Assembly (NCBI RefSeq): GCF_024700885.2
Contig: NZ_CP117016.1
Direction: 5' to 3' (one strand)
DNA: 64,000 nt
Source: Escherichia coli
GTDB taxonomy: Bacteria > Pseudomonadota > Gammaproteobacteria > Enterobacterales > Enterobacteriaceae
Shown here: piece by piece, positions 22,420 to 32,984 of the stretch
Layout of the letters: each line of letters begins with the position of its first letter
Position numbering within the stretch: the first letter of the stretch is position 1
Made by a program: the position numbers and the translations under genes
The notes under the pieces: generated by a model
The model's input: only the letters and a program-made list of their open reading frames with translations
What the model was told of the DNA's origin: nothing
Database searches by the model: none

Positions 22420-23034
22420 ATGACCCATTTTTCACAGCAAGATAATTTTTCTGTTGCGGCGCGCGTGTTGGGCGCGCTGTTTTATTACGCTCCGGAGAGT
22501 GCGGAAGCCGCACCTCTGGTTGCGGTACTCACCAGTGACGGCTGGGAAACTCAGTGGCCTCTACCAGAAGCGTCATTAGCGCCGCTGGTGACGGCTTTTC
22601 AGGCACAGAGTGAAGAGACTCGCGCCCAGGCCTGGCAGCGTTTGTTTGTCGGCCCGTGGGCTCTGCCGTCTCCGCCGTGGGGGTCGGTCTGGCTGGATCG
22701 CGAATCTGTGCTGTTTGGCGATTCAACATTGGCACTTCGTCAATGGATGCGCGAGAAAGGCATTCAGTTCGAAATGCAGCAAAACGAACCGGAAGATCAT
22801 TTTGGTTCACTGCTGTTGATGGCTGCGTGGTTGGCGGAGAATGGTCGCCAGACAGAATGCGAAGAATTGCTGGCATGGCACCTTTTTCCGTGGTCAACAC
22901 GTTTTCTTGACGTTTTTATCGAAAAAGCAGAACACCCTTTCTACCGTGCACTGGGTGAACTGGCTCGCTTAACGCTGGCGCAATGGCAATCACAACTGTT
23001 AATTCCTGTCGCGGTTAAACCACTCTTTCGATAG
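22420..23034 (+). CDS. dmsD: Tat proofreading chaperone DmsD
   Basis: 204-aa ORF from MTHFSQQ; neighbourhood. Confidence 0.88.
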   Translation: MTHFSQQDNFSVAARVLGALFYYAPESAEAAPLVAVLTSDGWETQWPLPEASLAPLVTAFQAQSEETRAQAWQRLFVGPWALPSPPWGSVWLDRESVLFGDSTLALRQWMREKGIQFEMQQNEPEDHFGSLLLMAAWLAENGRQTECEELLAWHLFPWSTRFLDVFIEKAEHPFYRALGELARLTLAQWQSQLLIPVAVKPLFR

Positions 23035-23228
23035 GATCACCGTAATATTGCCGGATGGTGACGATTACGCGCAATTCGGCAATAATAGGTTACAGTGTCA
23101 CGTTTTTTTGTCTCTTAAAGCACGCACTGCTTTTGCGGCTGGCCTCTTTTGCCGCAAAATAGTCGCCCGTGTTTCATTGCCCATTTCTGCTCATGCATCA
23201 TCTACACATCTATCCGGATCTGCGCACT

Positions 23229-24485
23229 ATGTTCCGCCGTCTGCTTATCGCAACAGTCGTCGGTATTCTTGCGGCCTTTGCCGTTGCCGGGTTTCGTCAT
23301 GCGATGCTGCTACTGGAGTGGCTGTTCCTCAATAATGACTCGGGCAGTCTGGTCAATGCAGCTACAAATCTTTCCCCGTGGCGACGGCTGCTAACTCCGG
23401 CGCTCGGCGGACTGGCGGCGGGTTTGTTGCTGATGGGCTGGCAGAAATTTACCCAGCAACGCCCTCATGCGCCGACCGATTACATGGAAGCGTTGCAAAC
23501 CGATGGGCAGTTTGATTACGCAGCAAGCCTGGTTAAATCCCTTGCCTCTCTGCTGGTAGTAACCAGCGGCAGTGCAATTGGTCGCGAAGGTGCGATGATT
23601 CTTTTAGCTGCCCTTGCCGCCTCCTGTTTTGCCCAACGTTTTACGCCTCGCCAGGAGTGGAAATTATGGATCGCCTGTGGAGCTGCGGCGGGAATGGCTG
23701 CGGCCTATCGCGCCCCGCTTGCTGGCAGTTTATTTATAGCCGAAGTGCTGTTTGGCACTATGATGTTGGCCTCTCTCGGCCCGGTGATTATTTCCGCTGT
23801 CGTGGCGTTGCTGGTTAGCAATCTTATTAATCATAGCGACGCGTTACTCTACAGCGTACAACTCTCAGTGACGGTTCAGGCTCGTGACTATGCGCTGATT
23901 ATCAGTACAGGTGTGCTGGCAGGTCTGTGCGGACCACTGTTGTTAACGTTAATGAACGCCTGTCATCGTGGATTTGTAAGTCTCAAACTTGCGCCGCCCT
24001 GGCAACTGGCACTGGGCGGGTTGATCGTGGGTCTGCTTTCCCTGTTCACACCTGCAGTGTGGGGCAACGGCTATAGCACCGTACAATCCTTTTTAACCGC
24101 CCCGCCACTGTTAATGATCATTGCCGGGATCTTCCTCTGTAAACTGTTTGCCGTGCTGGCGAGTAGTGGTTCTGGCGCGCCCGGTGGTGTCTTTACACCG
24201 ACGCTATTTATCGGTCTTGCCATTGGCATGTTGTATGGTCGTAGCCTGGGATTATGGTTCCCTGATGGCGAAGAAATGACGCTTTTACTCGGATTGACCG
24301 GGATGGCGACACTGTTGGCGGCAACCACGCACGCGCCGATTATGTCGACGTTGATGATATGTGAAATGACCGGGGAGTATCAGCTACTCCCCGGTTTATT
24401 GATTGCCTGCGTAATTGCGTCGGTAATTTCGCGGACGTTACACCGTGACTCTATCTACCGCCAGCACACTGCGCAGCATAGCTAA
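23229..24485 (+). CDS. clcB: ClC-type chloride channel
   Basis: GREG and GxFxP selectivity motifs; 418 aa from MFRRLLIAT. Confidence 0.9.
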   Translation: MFRRLLIATVVGILAAFAVAGFRHAMLLLEWLFLNNDSGSLVNAATNLSPWRRLLTPALGGLAAGLLLMGWQKFTQQRPHAPTDYMEALQTDGQFDYAASLVKSLASLLVVTSGSAIGREGAMILLAALAASCFAQRFTPRQEWKLWIACGAAAGMAAAYRAPLAGSLFIAEVLFGTMMLASLGPVIISAVVALLVSNLINHSDALLYSVQLSVTVQARDYALIISTGVLAGLCGPLLLTLMNACHRGFVSLKLAPPWQLALGGLIVGLLSLFTPAVWGNGYSTVQSFLTAPPLLMIIAGIFLCKLFAVLASSGSGAPGGVFTPTLFIGLAIGMLYGRSLGLWFPDGEEMTLLLGLTGMATLLAATTHAPIMSTLMICEMTGEYQLLPGLLIACVIASVISRTLHRDSIYRQHTAQHS

Positions 24486-25133
24486 GCGGATGTATTGCCC
24501 CAGTTCACGCTGTTCGGCGCGCGGCAGATAAGGCAGTTCACCAATGAGCGGTGCCGGAAGTTTTTTACCCAGCACATCAATGATTTCCGCATAATGCGCC
24601 AGTCCTGGATTGATTCGGTTAGCCACCCAGCCAATGAGCGGCAGCCCGTCGTTGGCAATCGCCTGAGCTGTTAGTAGTGCATGGTTAATGCAACCTTCCT
24701 GAATACCGACAACCATCAATACCGGCAGTTGTTCCTGCACCACCCATTCAGAGAGCGGACGCAAATCATTCATCAGACTGCGCCAGCCGCCAGTCCCTTC
24801 TACCACCACATGATCGACTTTATCGGTCAGGTTTGCCAGGCCGTTTGAAATGAGGGTGTAATTGATTGGGCAACTGTGCGCCACGCTACTTTCTTCTTCG
24901 CTTAACGCGATAGGATTAACTGCTTCATAAGGCAGTTCGATGGTTGAAACACTCTGCAACACCAGGGCATCTTTATTACGCAGCCCTTCGGGTGTCTCTT
25001 TGCTCCCCTTCGCTACGGGTTTATATCCCGCAACCGTTTTTCCCTGGGAGGCTAACGCTTGTAGCAATGCGCGGGAAACCACCGTTTTCCCTACAGAAGT
25101 GTCTGTACCGGTAATAAAGAAACGCTTCAGCAT
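24438..25133 (-). CDS. ynfK: dethiobiotin synthetase paralogue
   Basis: P-loop GTDTSVGKT; 231 aa. Confidence 0.88.
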   Translation of the reverse strand: MLKRFFITGTDTSVGKTVVSRALLQALASQGKTVAGYKPVAKGSKETPEGLRNKDALVLQSVSTIELPYEAVNPIALSEEESSVAHSCPINYTLISNGLANLTDKVDHVVVEGTGGWRSLMNDLRPLSEWVVQEQLPVLMVVGIQEGCINHALLTAQAIANDGLPLIGWVANRINPGLAHYAEIIDVLGKKLPAPLIGELPYLPRAEQRELGQYIRLAMLRSVLAVDRVTV

Positions 25134-25257
25134 CACTAACTCCACCGTTATGCTTCACAAATATAAACCAGGAAAATAATTAACCTTGAAAGTCTAAGTT
25201 ATGCTTTCCTGGCCCAAATTGAGATAGCGCAAATTTTGGTAGAACAGTTAAAAAATG

Positions 25258-26478
25258 TTAACCCTGCAACAGACGAATCAACAAAGAACCGTTATACATC
25301 GCGTCTTTTACCAGCGCAGCCCCTGCCATCGTGCCCTGGTTAGAAAACTGAGTACTCTCAACGCTAATGTGCTGACTATACGCAGGAAGGGCCTGCTGAC
25401 GGATGCTATCTGAGATGACCGGGAAGAGGATATCTGCCGCTTTACTTAACGGTGAGCCAATCAGTATTTTTTGTGGGTTAAATAAATTCACCATGATGGC
25501 AAGAATGCGCCCTACATGCGCGCCCACCCCGGTAATGATGTCTTTTGCCAGCAGATCGCCGCGCAATGCCGCCTGACACAATGAGTCCACGGTTAACGGC
25601 TGTCCATGTAACATCGAGCTCATGGATTGATTGAGACGCAGCTGTGCCAGCTCAAGAATACTGTCCACACTGGCGATGGTTTCGAGGCAACCGTGATTCC
25701 CGCAATAACAGCGTTTCCCATACGGGTCGACCTGTGTGTGGCCTATTTCCACGAGGCTACTGCTGCCTGCGTGTAGCAGATGACCATCGGTAATGACGCC
25801 CGCCCCCACGTTGTGATCGATAACCACCTGAATCACATCGCGCGCCCCGCGTGAGGCACCAAACAAGGCCTCTGCCATCGTCCATGCGCTGATATCATGC
25901 TGAATATAAACCGGTACGCCGGTATGCTGCTCCAGCGCCTCGCCGAGCGGCATCTCTTTTACATCCTCGTAGAACGGCATGCGATGTACGATGCCATTTT
26001 CCGTATCAATAATTCCCGGCAAGGTTATGGCAATCGAAGTTAGACGCTCAAGTTTTTTCTGGTGGCGGATAAAAAACTGATCGATATGGGAAATGATACG
26101 ATCCAGCAATGGTGAGTCATCTTTTAACGCCAGTTCCTGCGCCTCCTCCACCACCAGTTTGCTGCTCAGATCGCGCAGAGCAAGGAAAATCTCCCCGCGA
26201 CTAATGCGCAGAGAAAGATAGTGCCAGGCTTCAGTTTCAACCACCAGCCCCACCGCCGGACGGCCACGGTTCCCCGCTTCTTTGATTTCCAGCTCTTGCA
26301 CCAGGTGTGCTTCGAGCATCTCACGGACAATTTTGGTGATACTGGCAGGAGCCAGTTGCGCCAGACGGGAAAGATCGATACGCGAGACTGGACCAAGCTG
26401 ATCAATCAGGCGATAAACCGCGCCCGCGTTGGTCTGCTTTATTTGATCAATGTGTCCAGGCTGGTTTTCAGCAACCAC
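25258..26478 (-). CDS. mlc: ROK-family global repressor Mlc
   Basis: 406-aa ORF; recognised sequence. Confidence 0.92.
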   Translation of the reverse strand: MVAENQPGHIDQIKQTNAGAVYRLIDQLGPVSRIDLSRLAQLAPASITKIVREMLEAHLVQELEIKEAGNRGRPAVGLVVETEAWHYLSLRISRGEIFLALRDLSSKLVVEEAQELALKDDSPLLDRIISHIDQFFIRHQKKLERLTSIAITLPGIIDTENGIVHRMPFYEDVKEMPLGEALEQHTGVPVYIQHDISAWTMAEALFGASRGARDVIQVVIDHNVGAGVITDGHLLHAGSSSLVEIGHTQVDPYGKRCYCGNHGCLETIASVDSILELAQLRLNQSMSSMLHGQPLTVDSLCQAALRGDLLAKDIITGVGAHVGRILAIMVNLFNPQKILIGSPLSKAADILFPVISDSIRQQALPAYSQHISVESTQFSNQGTMAGAALVKDAMYNGSLLIRLLQG

Positions 26479-26612
26479 CGCATACTCCCTATATTTTCGC
26501 GCTCCGAAATAATCTGTAGGCTATGGTGAAGCACTTCAATACGTGTCGTCAAATTTTTACTTAGGCATGTGATTAACAGCACATTTTTCGGGCTTTTTCG
26601 CTGAAATTTCCC

Positions 26613-27506
26613 TCACCTGAGAGCATTCAGCAGATGAATACGAAAGTTACGCGCAGCCGGACTTTGTTCATGATGTTTCGGCCAGACCAACCACATTTCA
26701 GAAACCGCATCCTCTTCAGCAATCGGCACCCAGCGCATTTCGTTGAGCTGAACACGTTTAAATGACGCAGGCAAAATTGAAACACCCAGACCGGCGGAAA
26801 CCAGACCGATGATGGTCATTGCCTCACCCACCTCCTGAGTGATGACGGGCGTCAAATGGTAACGTCGCATCAGCCCGAGAATATCGTCATACAGCCCTGT
26901 CCCGACGTGCGGATCAAAAAAGACAAAGGGTTCTTTCGCCAGTTCAGCCAGCGTTACACTCGGGTTATTTGCCAGGGGATGATCGTGCGGGATCATCGCC
27001 ATAAGCGGTTCATGGACGATGACTGCGTGTTCAAGCGTCTCCGGTAACGCTGTGTTACGCAGCAATCCCATATCCAGCGTTCCTTCAATGAGCGGAGCGA
27101 TTTGCTCGCGAGTGTTCATTTCGCGGGTTTGTAAATGGACATCGGGATAATCACGGCGAAACAGCGATAACGTATCGGACACTGCCCGAATAAAAGGAGC
27201 GGACGAAGTAAAACCAATGCGCAACTCCCCCGCTTCGCCCTGATGCAGCCTTTCAGCGCGAGCGGCAGCATCATCCACCATAGACAAGATTTGCCGACTA
27301 TCTACAAGAAACTGTTTTCCTGCTGCCGTCAGCAATACACTGCGATTGGTCCGTGCCAGCAGTCGGGCACCAATTTGTTGCTCCAGCGCCTGAATCTGCT
27401 GACTTAGCGGCGGTTGCGAAATATTCAGGCGGGCAGCGGCGCGCCCGAAATGCAGCTCTTCTGCAACAGCAACAAAGTAACGCAGATGACGAAGTTCAAT
27501 ATTCAT
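26613..27506 (-). CDS. ynfL: LysR-family transcriptional regulator
   Basis: 297 aa with N-terminal HTH; divergent from ynfM. Confidence 0.88.
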   Translation of the reverse strand: MNIELRHLRYFVAVAEELHFGRAAARLNISQPPLSQQIQALEQQIGARLLARTNRSVLLTAAGKQFLVDSRQILSMVDDAAARAERLHQGEAGELRIGFTSSAPFIRAVSDTLSLFRRDYPDVHLQTREMNTREQIAPLIEGTLDMGLLRNTALPETLEHAVIVHEPLMAMIPHDHPLANNPSVTLAELAKEPFVFFDPHVGTGLYDDILGLMRRYHLTPVITQEVGEAMTIIGLVSAGLGVSILPASFKRVQLNEMRWVPIAEEDAVSEMWLVWPKHHEQSPAARNFRIHLLNALR

Positions 27507-27612
27507 ATTTAAAACATCTTATTTGAGATTATTAATATATTAGACAGAACAATTCGATTTTCCTAATCTATTCATAAGCCTGATCCACAGGCATATTTAG
27601 CAAGGATTTCAA

Positions 27613-28866
27613 GTGAGCCGTACTACAACTGTTGATGGCGCTCCGGCAAGCGACACTGACAAGCAAAGCATTTCTCAGCCAAATCAATTTATTAAACGCG
27701 GTACGCCGCAATTTATGCGCGTCACCCTGGCGCTGTTCTCTGCCGGACTGGCAACCTTCGCACTTCTCTATTGTGTGCAACCTATCCTTCCGGTGCTTTC
27801 GCAGGAGTTTGGCTTAACGCCCGCGAACAGTAGTATTTCACTGTCCATTTCCACGGCGATGTTGGCTATCGGTTTGCTGTTTACTGGCCCGTTATCCGAT
27901 GCCATTGGTCGCAAACCAGTGATGGTAACGGCGCTACTGTTGGCCTCCATTTGTACGTTACTTTCGACAATGATGACCAGCTGGCACGGCATTTTGATTA
28001 TGCGCGCCTTGATTGGGCTTTCGTTAAGTGGCGTAGCAGCTGTCGGCATGACTTATCTTAGCGAGGAAATCCACCCCAGTTTCGTGGCCTTTTCTATGGG
28101 GTTGTATATCAGCGGCAACTCTATTGGCGGCATGAGCGGACGCTTAATTAGCGGTGTCTTCACGGACTTTTTCAACTGGCGAATTGCGCTGGCGGCAATC
28201 GGTTGTTTCGCGCTGGCCTCGGCGTTAATGTTCTGGAAAATCCTCCCGGAATCACGCCATTTTCGTCCGACTTCGCTGCGACCTAAGACGTTGTTTATCA
28301 ACTTTCGTCTGCACTGGCGTGACCGGGGATTACCGTTATTGTTCGCAGAAGGCTTTTTGCTGATGGGGTCGTTCGTCACGCTGTTTAATTACATCGGCTA
28401 TCGGTTGATGCTTTCCCCCTGGCATGTCAGTCAGGCCGTGGTTGGCTTATTATCGCTGGCTTATTTGACCGGTACATGGAGCTCACCCAAAGCCGGAACC
28501 ATGACCACCCGCTATGGGCGCGGTCCGGTGATGTTGTTTTCGACGGGGGTTATGCTGTTTGGTTTACTGATGACCTTATTTAGCTCGCTGTGGCTGATCT
28601 TTGCCGGAATGTTACTCTTCTCAGCCGGATTCTTCGCAGCCCACTCAGTAGCCAGCAGCTGGATCGGCCCCCGCGCAAAACGCGCTAAAGGCCAGGCCTC
28701 CTCGCTGTATCTGTTCAGTTACTATCTGGGGTCGAGTATTGCCGGGACGCTGGGTGGTGTTTTCTGGCATAACTATGGCTGGAACGGCGTCGGCGCATTT
28801 ATTGCTCTGATGCTGGTCATTGCTCTGCTGGTCGGGACGAGTTTGCATCGTCGTCTGCACGCCTGA
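27613..28866 (+). CDS. ynfM: MFS transporter
   Basis: 417-aa multi-pass ORF. Confidence 0.88.
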   Translation: MSRTTTVDGAPASDTDKQSISQPNQFIKRGTPQFMRVTLALFSAGLATFALLYCVQPILPVLSQEFGLTPANSSISLSISTAMLAIGLLFTGPLSDAIGRKPVMVTALLLASICTLLSTMMTSWHGILIMRALIGLSLSGVAAVGMTYLSEEIHPSFVAFSMGLYISGNSIGGMSGRLISGVFTDFFNWRIALAAIGCFALASALMFWKILPESRHFRPTSLRPKTLFINFRLHWRDRGLPLLFAEGFLLMGSFVTLFNYIGYRLMLSPWHVSQAVVGLLSLAYLTGTWSSPKAGTMTTRYGRGPVMLFSTGVMLFGLLMTLFSSLWLIFAGMLLFSAGFFAAHSVASSWIGPRAKRAKGQASSLYLFSYYLGSSIAGTLGGVFWHNYGWNGVGAFIALMLVIALLVGTSLHRRLHA

Positions 28867-29289
28867 AAAATAAGTCCGGACTGCGGTAAATACCCATCCG
28901 GACTTATTGCCTGCTCAAACCAACGTTAATAGCCATCCTAAAATAGACGAAGCGCCAGCCAATTCCCGCAGCGCATCTAGCGTCATCAGGACTATAAGTA
29001 CCCAAATAAACGGATTCATTTTGCTGTGTGTCATTTATTACTGATGCGCAGTTATTCTACCGCTTTGTAAGTAGTAAAATAGTTAACCTGATCAAGACTA
29101 CTATTATTGGTAGCTAAATTTCCCTTAAGTCACAATACGTTATTATCAACGCTGTAATTTATTCAGCGTTTGTACATATCGTTACACGCTGAAACCAACC
29201 ACTCACGGAAGTCTGCCATTCCCAGGGATATAGTTATTTCAACGGCCCCGCAGTGGGGTTAAATGAAAAAACAAATTGAGGGTATGACA

Positions 29290-29598
29290 ATGAAAAAAGT
29301 ATTAGCTCTGGTTGTTGCCGCTGCTATGGGTCTGTCTTCTGCCGCCTTTGCTGCAGAGACTGCGACCACACCTGCTCCGACTGCGACGACCACCAAAGCA
29401 GCGCCGGCGAAAACCACACATCATAAAAAACAGCATAAAGCAGCACCTGCCCAGAAAGCGCAGGCGGCTAAAAAGCATCATAAGAATGCGAAAACTGAAC
29501 AGAAAGCCCCTGAACAAAAAGCGCAGGCAGCGAAGAAACACGCCAAGAAACACAGCCATCAGCAACCGGAAAAACCTGCTGCACAACCCGCAGCGTAA
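29290..29598 (+). CDS. asr: acid shock protein
   Basis: Signal peptide plus Ala/Lys/His-rich repeats; start trimmed to MKKVLALV. Confidence 0.9.
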   Translation: MKKVLALVVAAAMGLSSAAFAAETATTPAPTATTTKAAPAKTTHHKKQHKAAPAQKAQAAKKHHKNAKTEQKAPEQKAQAAKKHAKKHSHQQPEKPAAQPAA

Positions 29599-29690
29599 GT
29601 TTTCAACAGTAATACTGGCGCGCCCCCTCGCGCCTGAAAATTACGGTGCTAAGCGGGTAACGTTTAGCACCGCCTTTAGCGGAGGGTAGT

Positions 29691-29774
29691 ATGGTGGGCC
29701 GTTATCGCTTTGAGTTCATTCTTATCATCCTTATTTTATGCGCACTGATTGCCACCCGTTTTTATCTTTCCTGA
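29691..29774 (+). CDS. ydgU: small membrane protein YdgU (27 aa)
   Basis: Hand-translated MVGRYRFEFILIILILCALIATRFYLS with RBS ggaggg; below ORF-track cutoff. Confidence 0.7.
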   Translation: MVGRYRFEFILIILILCALIATRFYLS

Positions 29775-29873
29775 TCGTAGTTATCTGATTTTACTCCCAC
29801 TTTCATCCCGTCCCGTCTATAGTATTTATGAGGGTTTGCTTTTAATAATCATAATTACCCACCAGAGTGTGAT

Positions 29874-30695
29874 ATGCGTACAACCATTGCTGTAGTGTTG
29901 GGTGCAATTAGTTTGACGTCTGCTTTTGTGTTTGCAGATAAACCAGACGTTGCCAAATCGGCAAACGATGAGGTCAGCACCCTGTTTTTTGGTCATGATG
30001 ATCGTGTGCCAGTGAATGACACGACCCAATCACCGTGGGATGCGGTTGGCCAACTGGAAACGGCCAGCGGCAATTTATGTACGGCGACGCTGATTGCACC
30101 CAATCTGGCATTAACGGCAGGACACTGTTTATTGACGCCGCCAAAGGGTAAAGCCGATAAAGCGGTAGCGCTGCGTTTCGTGTCAAATAAAGGTCTTTGG
30201 CGCTATGAGATCCACGACATAGAAGGCCGCGTTGATCCGACACTGGGAAAGCGGTTAAAAGCAGATGGGGATGGTTGGATTGTTCCTCCCGCAGCTGCAC
30301 CATGGGACTTCGGCTTGATTGTGCTGCGTAATCCCCCTTCTGGCATTACACCATTGCCGTTATTTGAGGGAGATAAAGCCGCGCTTACCGCCGCATTAAA
30401 AGCGGCAGGTCGTAAAGTGACTCAGGCGGGATACCCTGAAGATCATCTCGATACGTTGTACAGTCATCAAAACTGTGAAGTGACTGGCTGGGCGCAAACG
30501 TCGGTGATGTCGCATCAGTGCGATACCTTGCCGGGTGACAGCGGTTCGCCTCTGATGTTGCATACCGATGACGGCTGGCAATTAATTGGGGTGCAAAGTT
30601 CGGCTCCTGCCGCGAAAGATCGCTGGCGCGCCGATAACCGGGCCATTTCTGTTACCGGTTTTCGCGACAAGCTGGATCAACTGTCGCAAAAATAA
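29874..30695 (+). CDS. ydgD: trypsin-like serine protease
   Basis: TAGHC and GDSGSP catalytic motifs; signal peptide. Confidence 0.9.
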   Translation: MRTTIAVVLGAISLTSAFVFADKPDVAKSANDEVSTLFFGHDDRVPVNDTTQSPWDAVGQLETASGNLCTATLIAPNLALTAGHCLLTPPKGKADKAVALRFVSNKGLWRYEIHDIEGRVDPTLGKRLKADGDGWIVPPAAAPWDFGLIVLRNPPSGITPLPLFEGDKAALTAALKAAGRKVTQAGYPEDHLDTLYSHQNCEVTGWAQTSVMSHQCDTLPGDSGSPLMLHTDDGWQLIGVQSSAPAAKDRWRADNRAISVTGFRDKLDQLSQK

Positions 30696-30733
30696 TGTTC
30701 AAACGCTGCCCGACAGCGCGGGCAGCGTGTTCA

Positions 30734-31063
30734 TCAGGCAAGTTTCACCATGATCATTCCAGCCAACAGCAAGACCAGGCCAATCCAGCCTTTACGATTT
30801 AACCGTTGACCAAACAAGATCCAACCTGCGGCTAACGTGGCGGCAATACCAAACCCGCCCCACAATGCATAAGCGACAGACAAGTCGATCCCTTTAACGG
30901 CCTGAGAAAGCGCACTAAAGGCAGCCAGCACCGCCGCCAGGGAGAGCAAGCCAAATATTTTGCGACGAAAGCCGTCAGAAAATTTCAAAAAGACGTTAGC
31001 AACGATTTCCAGCACGATTGCCAATGCCAGCCAGGCGGCGTGAACCCATTCAAACTGCGCCAT
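30734..31063 (-). CDS. mdtI: SMR-family spermidine exporter subunit
   Basis: 109-aa four-helix hydrophobic ORF. Confidence 0.9.
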
Positions 31064-31415
31064 GGTTCACCTCCAGTTCAGGTTTACGCGCTTTACGGGT
31101 ACCTGATTTGATCAATACAATCCCGGCCACCAGGGTGGTTAACCCGGCAATTTTCATCAGCGATAAACTTTCGTCGAATAACAAAACGCTAAACAAGGTA
31201 ATAAATAAAATACCGATACCTTCCCACAGCGCATAAGCTACGCCTAAGGCGATCTTTTTAACGGCGAAAGAGAGAAATATATACGACAGAGAAATCATCA
31301 CCAGCATTAAAATAAAGCCGCCATTTCCCTCACTGACGCTCGCCCATTTCATAGACAGCGTACCGGTAATTTCTGTAGCAATAGCCAGACCTAATAAAAT
31401 CCAATAAATATACAT
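31050..31415 (-). CDS. mdtJ: SMR-family spermidine exporter subunit
   Basis: 121-aa hydrophobic ORF overlapping mdtI. Confidence 0.9.
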
Positions 31416-31826
31416 TGTCCTTCTCCTGCAAGAGAATTATTTTAATTTTCGCTTAATTCAGCGAAACCAAAGTAAAGTGGTCAAGCCCCGCGCATAGCGC
31501 AAGCTTAAGCAGAAGAAAGGACTAAAGCGCGTTGCGCCAGTGCTGCTCACCTACGAGCAAGATAGTGGATGAGGTACGAAGATGGGTAAATGTAGAAAAT
31601 AACGTCCTGAACAAATTGTCCATAATATTACAATTATCCGCAGTGTTGCTTCTCGTCATCGCGGATGATAATTGTCCTCGGTAGTTGAACACGCCTGATT
31701 TGTATCATAGCTTAAGAATTAACTCAAAATATTTTCACTTCTTTACCTGAGCGGTTTGATTTTCGTTATGATGACGGAGCGAAAAAGACATTATTATTAG
31801 CCAAGGAAGAAAAAACGGGGACAAGC

Positions 31827-31991
31827 ATGGCAAAGCCGATCATCACGCTCAATGGCCTAAAAATCGTCATTATGTTGGGAATGCTGGTCATTATTCTCTG
31901 CGGTATCCGTTTTGCCGCCGAGATCATCGTGCCGTTTATTCTCGCATTATTTATTGCTGTTATATATAACTTATTTCGCATAACACATTGA
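31827..31991 (+). pseudogene. tqsA: tqsA 5' fragment (45 native codons fused to 9 island-derived codons)
   Basis: [45 protein letters not shown] then IYNLFRITH*; the reading frame continues at 47218. Confidence 0.85.
31955..31963. repeat. attL core (tgctgttat)
   Basis: Identical 9-mer at both junctions of the interrupted tqsA frame. Confidence 0.7.
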
Positions 31992-32036
31992 TTTAATTAA
32001 ATAATTAACACCGCAAAAAGTGCCAAAAATCGCAAA

Positions 32037-32100
32037 ATGACTACACCAGTGACTACACCGTTCGGTGCACTGTATGAAACAACGTGGAACAAATAGACAC
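32037..32100 (+). repeat. left-end arm repeat (tgactacacc x2 then aacaacgtggaacaa)
   Basis: Near-identical to 47067-47135 in the same orientation. Confidence 0.7.
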
Positions 32101-32179
32101 AAGAAATATACAGGCGGATCATCTTTCCAGGGGGAAGCACACCAATTCATGAGGGGCGTTAATGTCGATATGGGGATCC

Positions 32180-32580
32180 CCACCTACCGGAATTTTTTTC
32201 CGGTTAAACGTTAATCAGGCTGGTGGGCTTTACCTGTTCGGTAGGTGTTATGATTATCGTAATACCTTTCCCCCAATGGGGTAAAAGCATCAACCGTAAC
32301 GAAAGTCGTTATGGTTGCCACTGATACCCCAAATTTGGGTATCACGAGTAAGCCCCAAAATCTGGGTGTTACTCTTACTACCCAAACTACGGGTAGTTTC
32401 CGTAGTTTCATGGTCGAGTTGCAGATCTGCAACTCCCCCATTAACCACAGGCGAATTTCCGCCTTCGGTCATTCCTTAATCATCTGCGTAATCATAATGA
32501 TTATTCAGCAAGCGCAATTTTGCGCTTTGCTTAAAGTTCAGCGAGTTACCGCGCCGACTTCCTCAAATTGAGGTTTCCGA
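32180..32580. other. palindrome-dense non-coding region (candidate packaging site or structured RNA)
   Basis: Inverted repeats read directly: cacctaccg/cggtaggtg, gatacccc-aaat-ttgggtatc, ctaccc/gggtag, ttgcagatctgcaa, gcgcaattttgcgc, cctcaaattgagg. Confidence 0.4.
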
Positions 32581-32689
32581 AAATATCAGCGGGTTAGCGA
32601 TTAAGCTGACCATTAATTAAACTGCGAAAATGTCGTAGTTGTGAGGGGTGTAGCCAACCCATTTTTGGGCCGTCGGGAATATCAACCAG

Positions 32690-32971
32690 TTACCGCCGCA
32701 ACCGCTCCGGCTTCTTCCAGTGGTACGTTATTTTCTCCTTCTCCCGATACATCTCCACGCGGCGACGGTAGGCCAGCAACTCAAGAACTCTGGTTCGTAT
32801 GTTGCGCATATCCACGCCATTAAGTTCTATACCATCACGGCGCATCACCTCAGCAACAACACGCGCATAGTTTTCGGCTGTCACGCTGTCCGGCTGCGTG
32901 GCCTGTTCGTCAGCCTGCTGGCTGATTCCGGCAACGCGGCGGATTAATCCCGTTATTTCGGCTTCTGTCAT
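32690..32971 (-). CDS. hypothetical protein (last gene of head/packaging operon)
   Basis: 93-aa ORF 13 bp downstream of terL on the same strand. Confidence 0.5.
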   Translation of the reverse strand: MTEAEITGLIRRVAGISQQADEQATQPDSVTAENYARVVAEVMRRDGIELNGVDMRNIRTRVLELLAYRRRVEMYREKEKITYHWKKPERLRR

Positions 32972-32984
32972 GCTGCTGACCTCA

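Noticed and set aside
29302-29689. Two Arg/Lys-rich ORFs overlapping asr
   Set aside because: Alternative-frame translations of the repetitive Ala/Lys-coding asr sequence.
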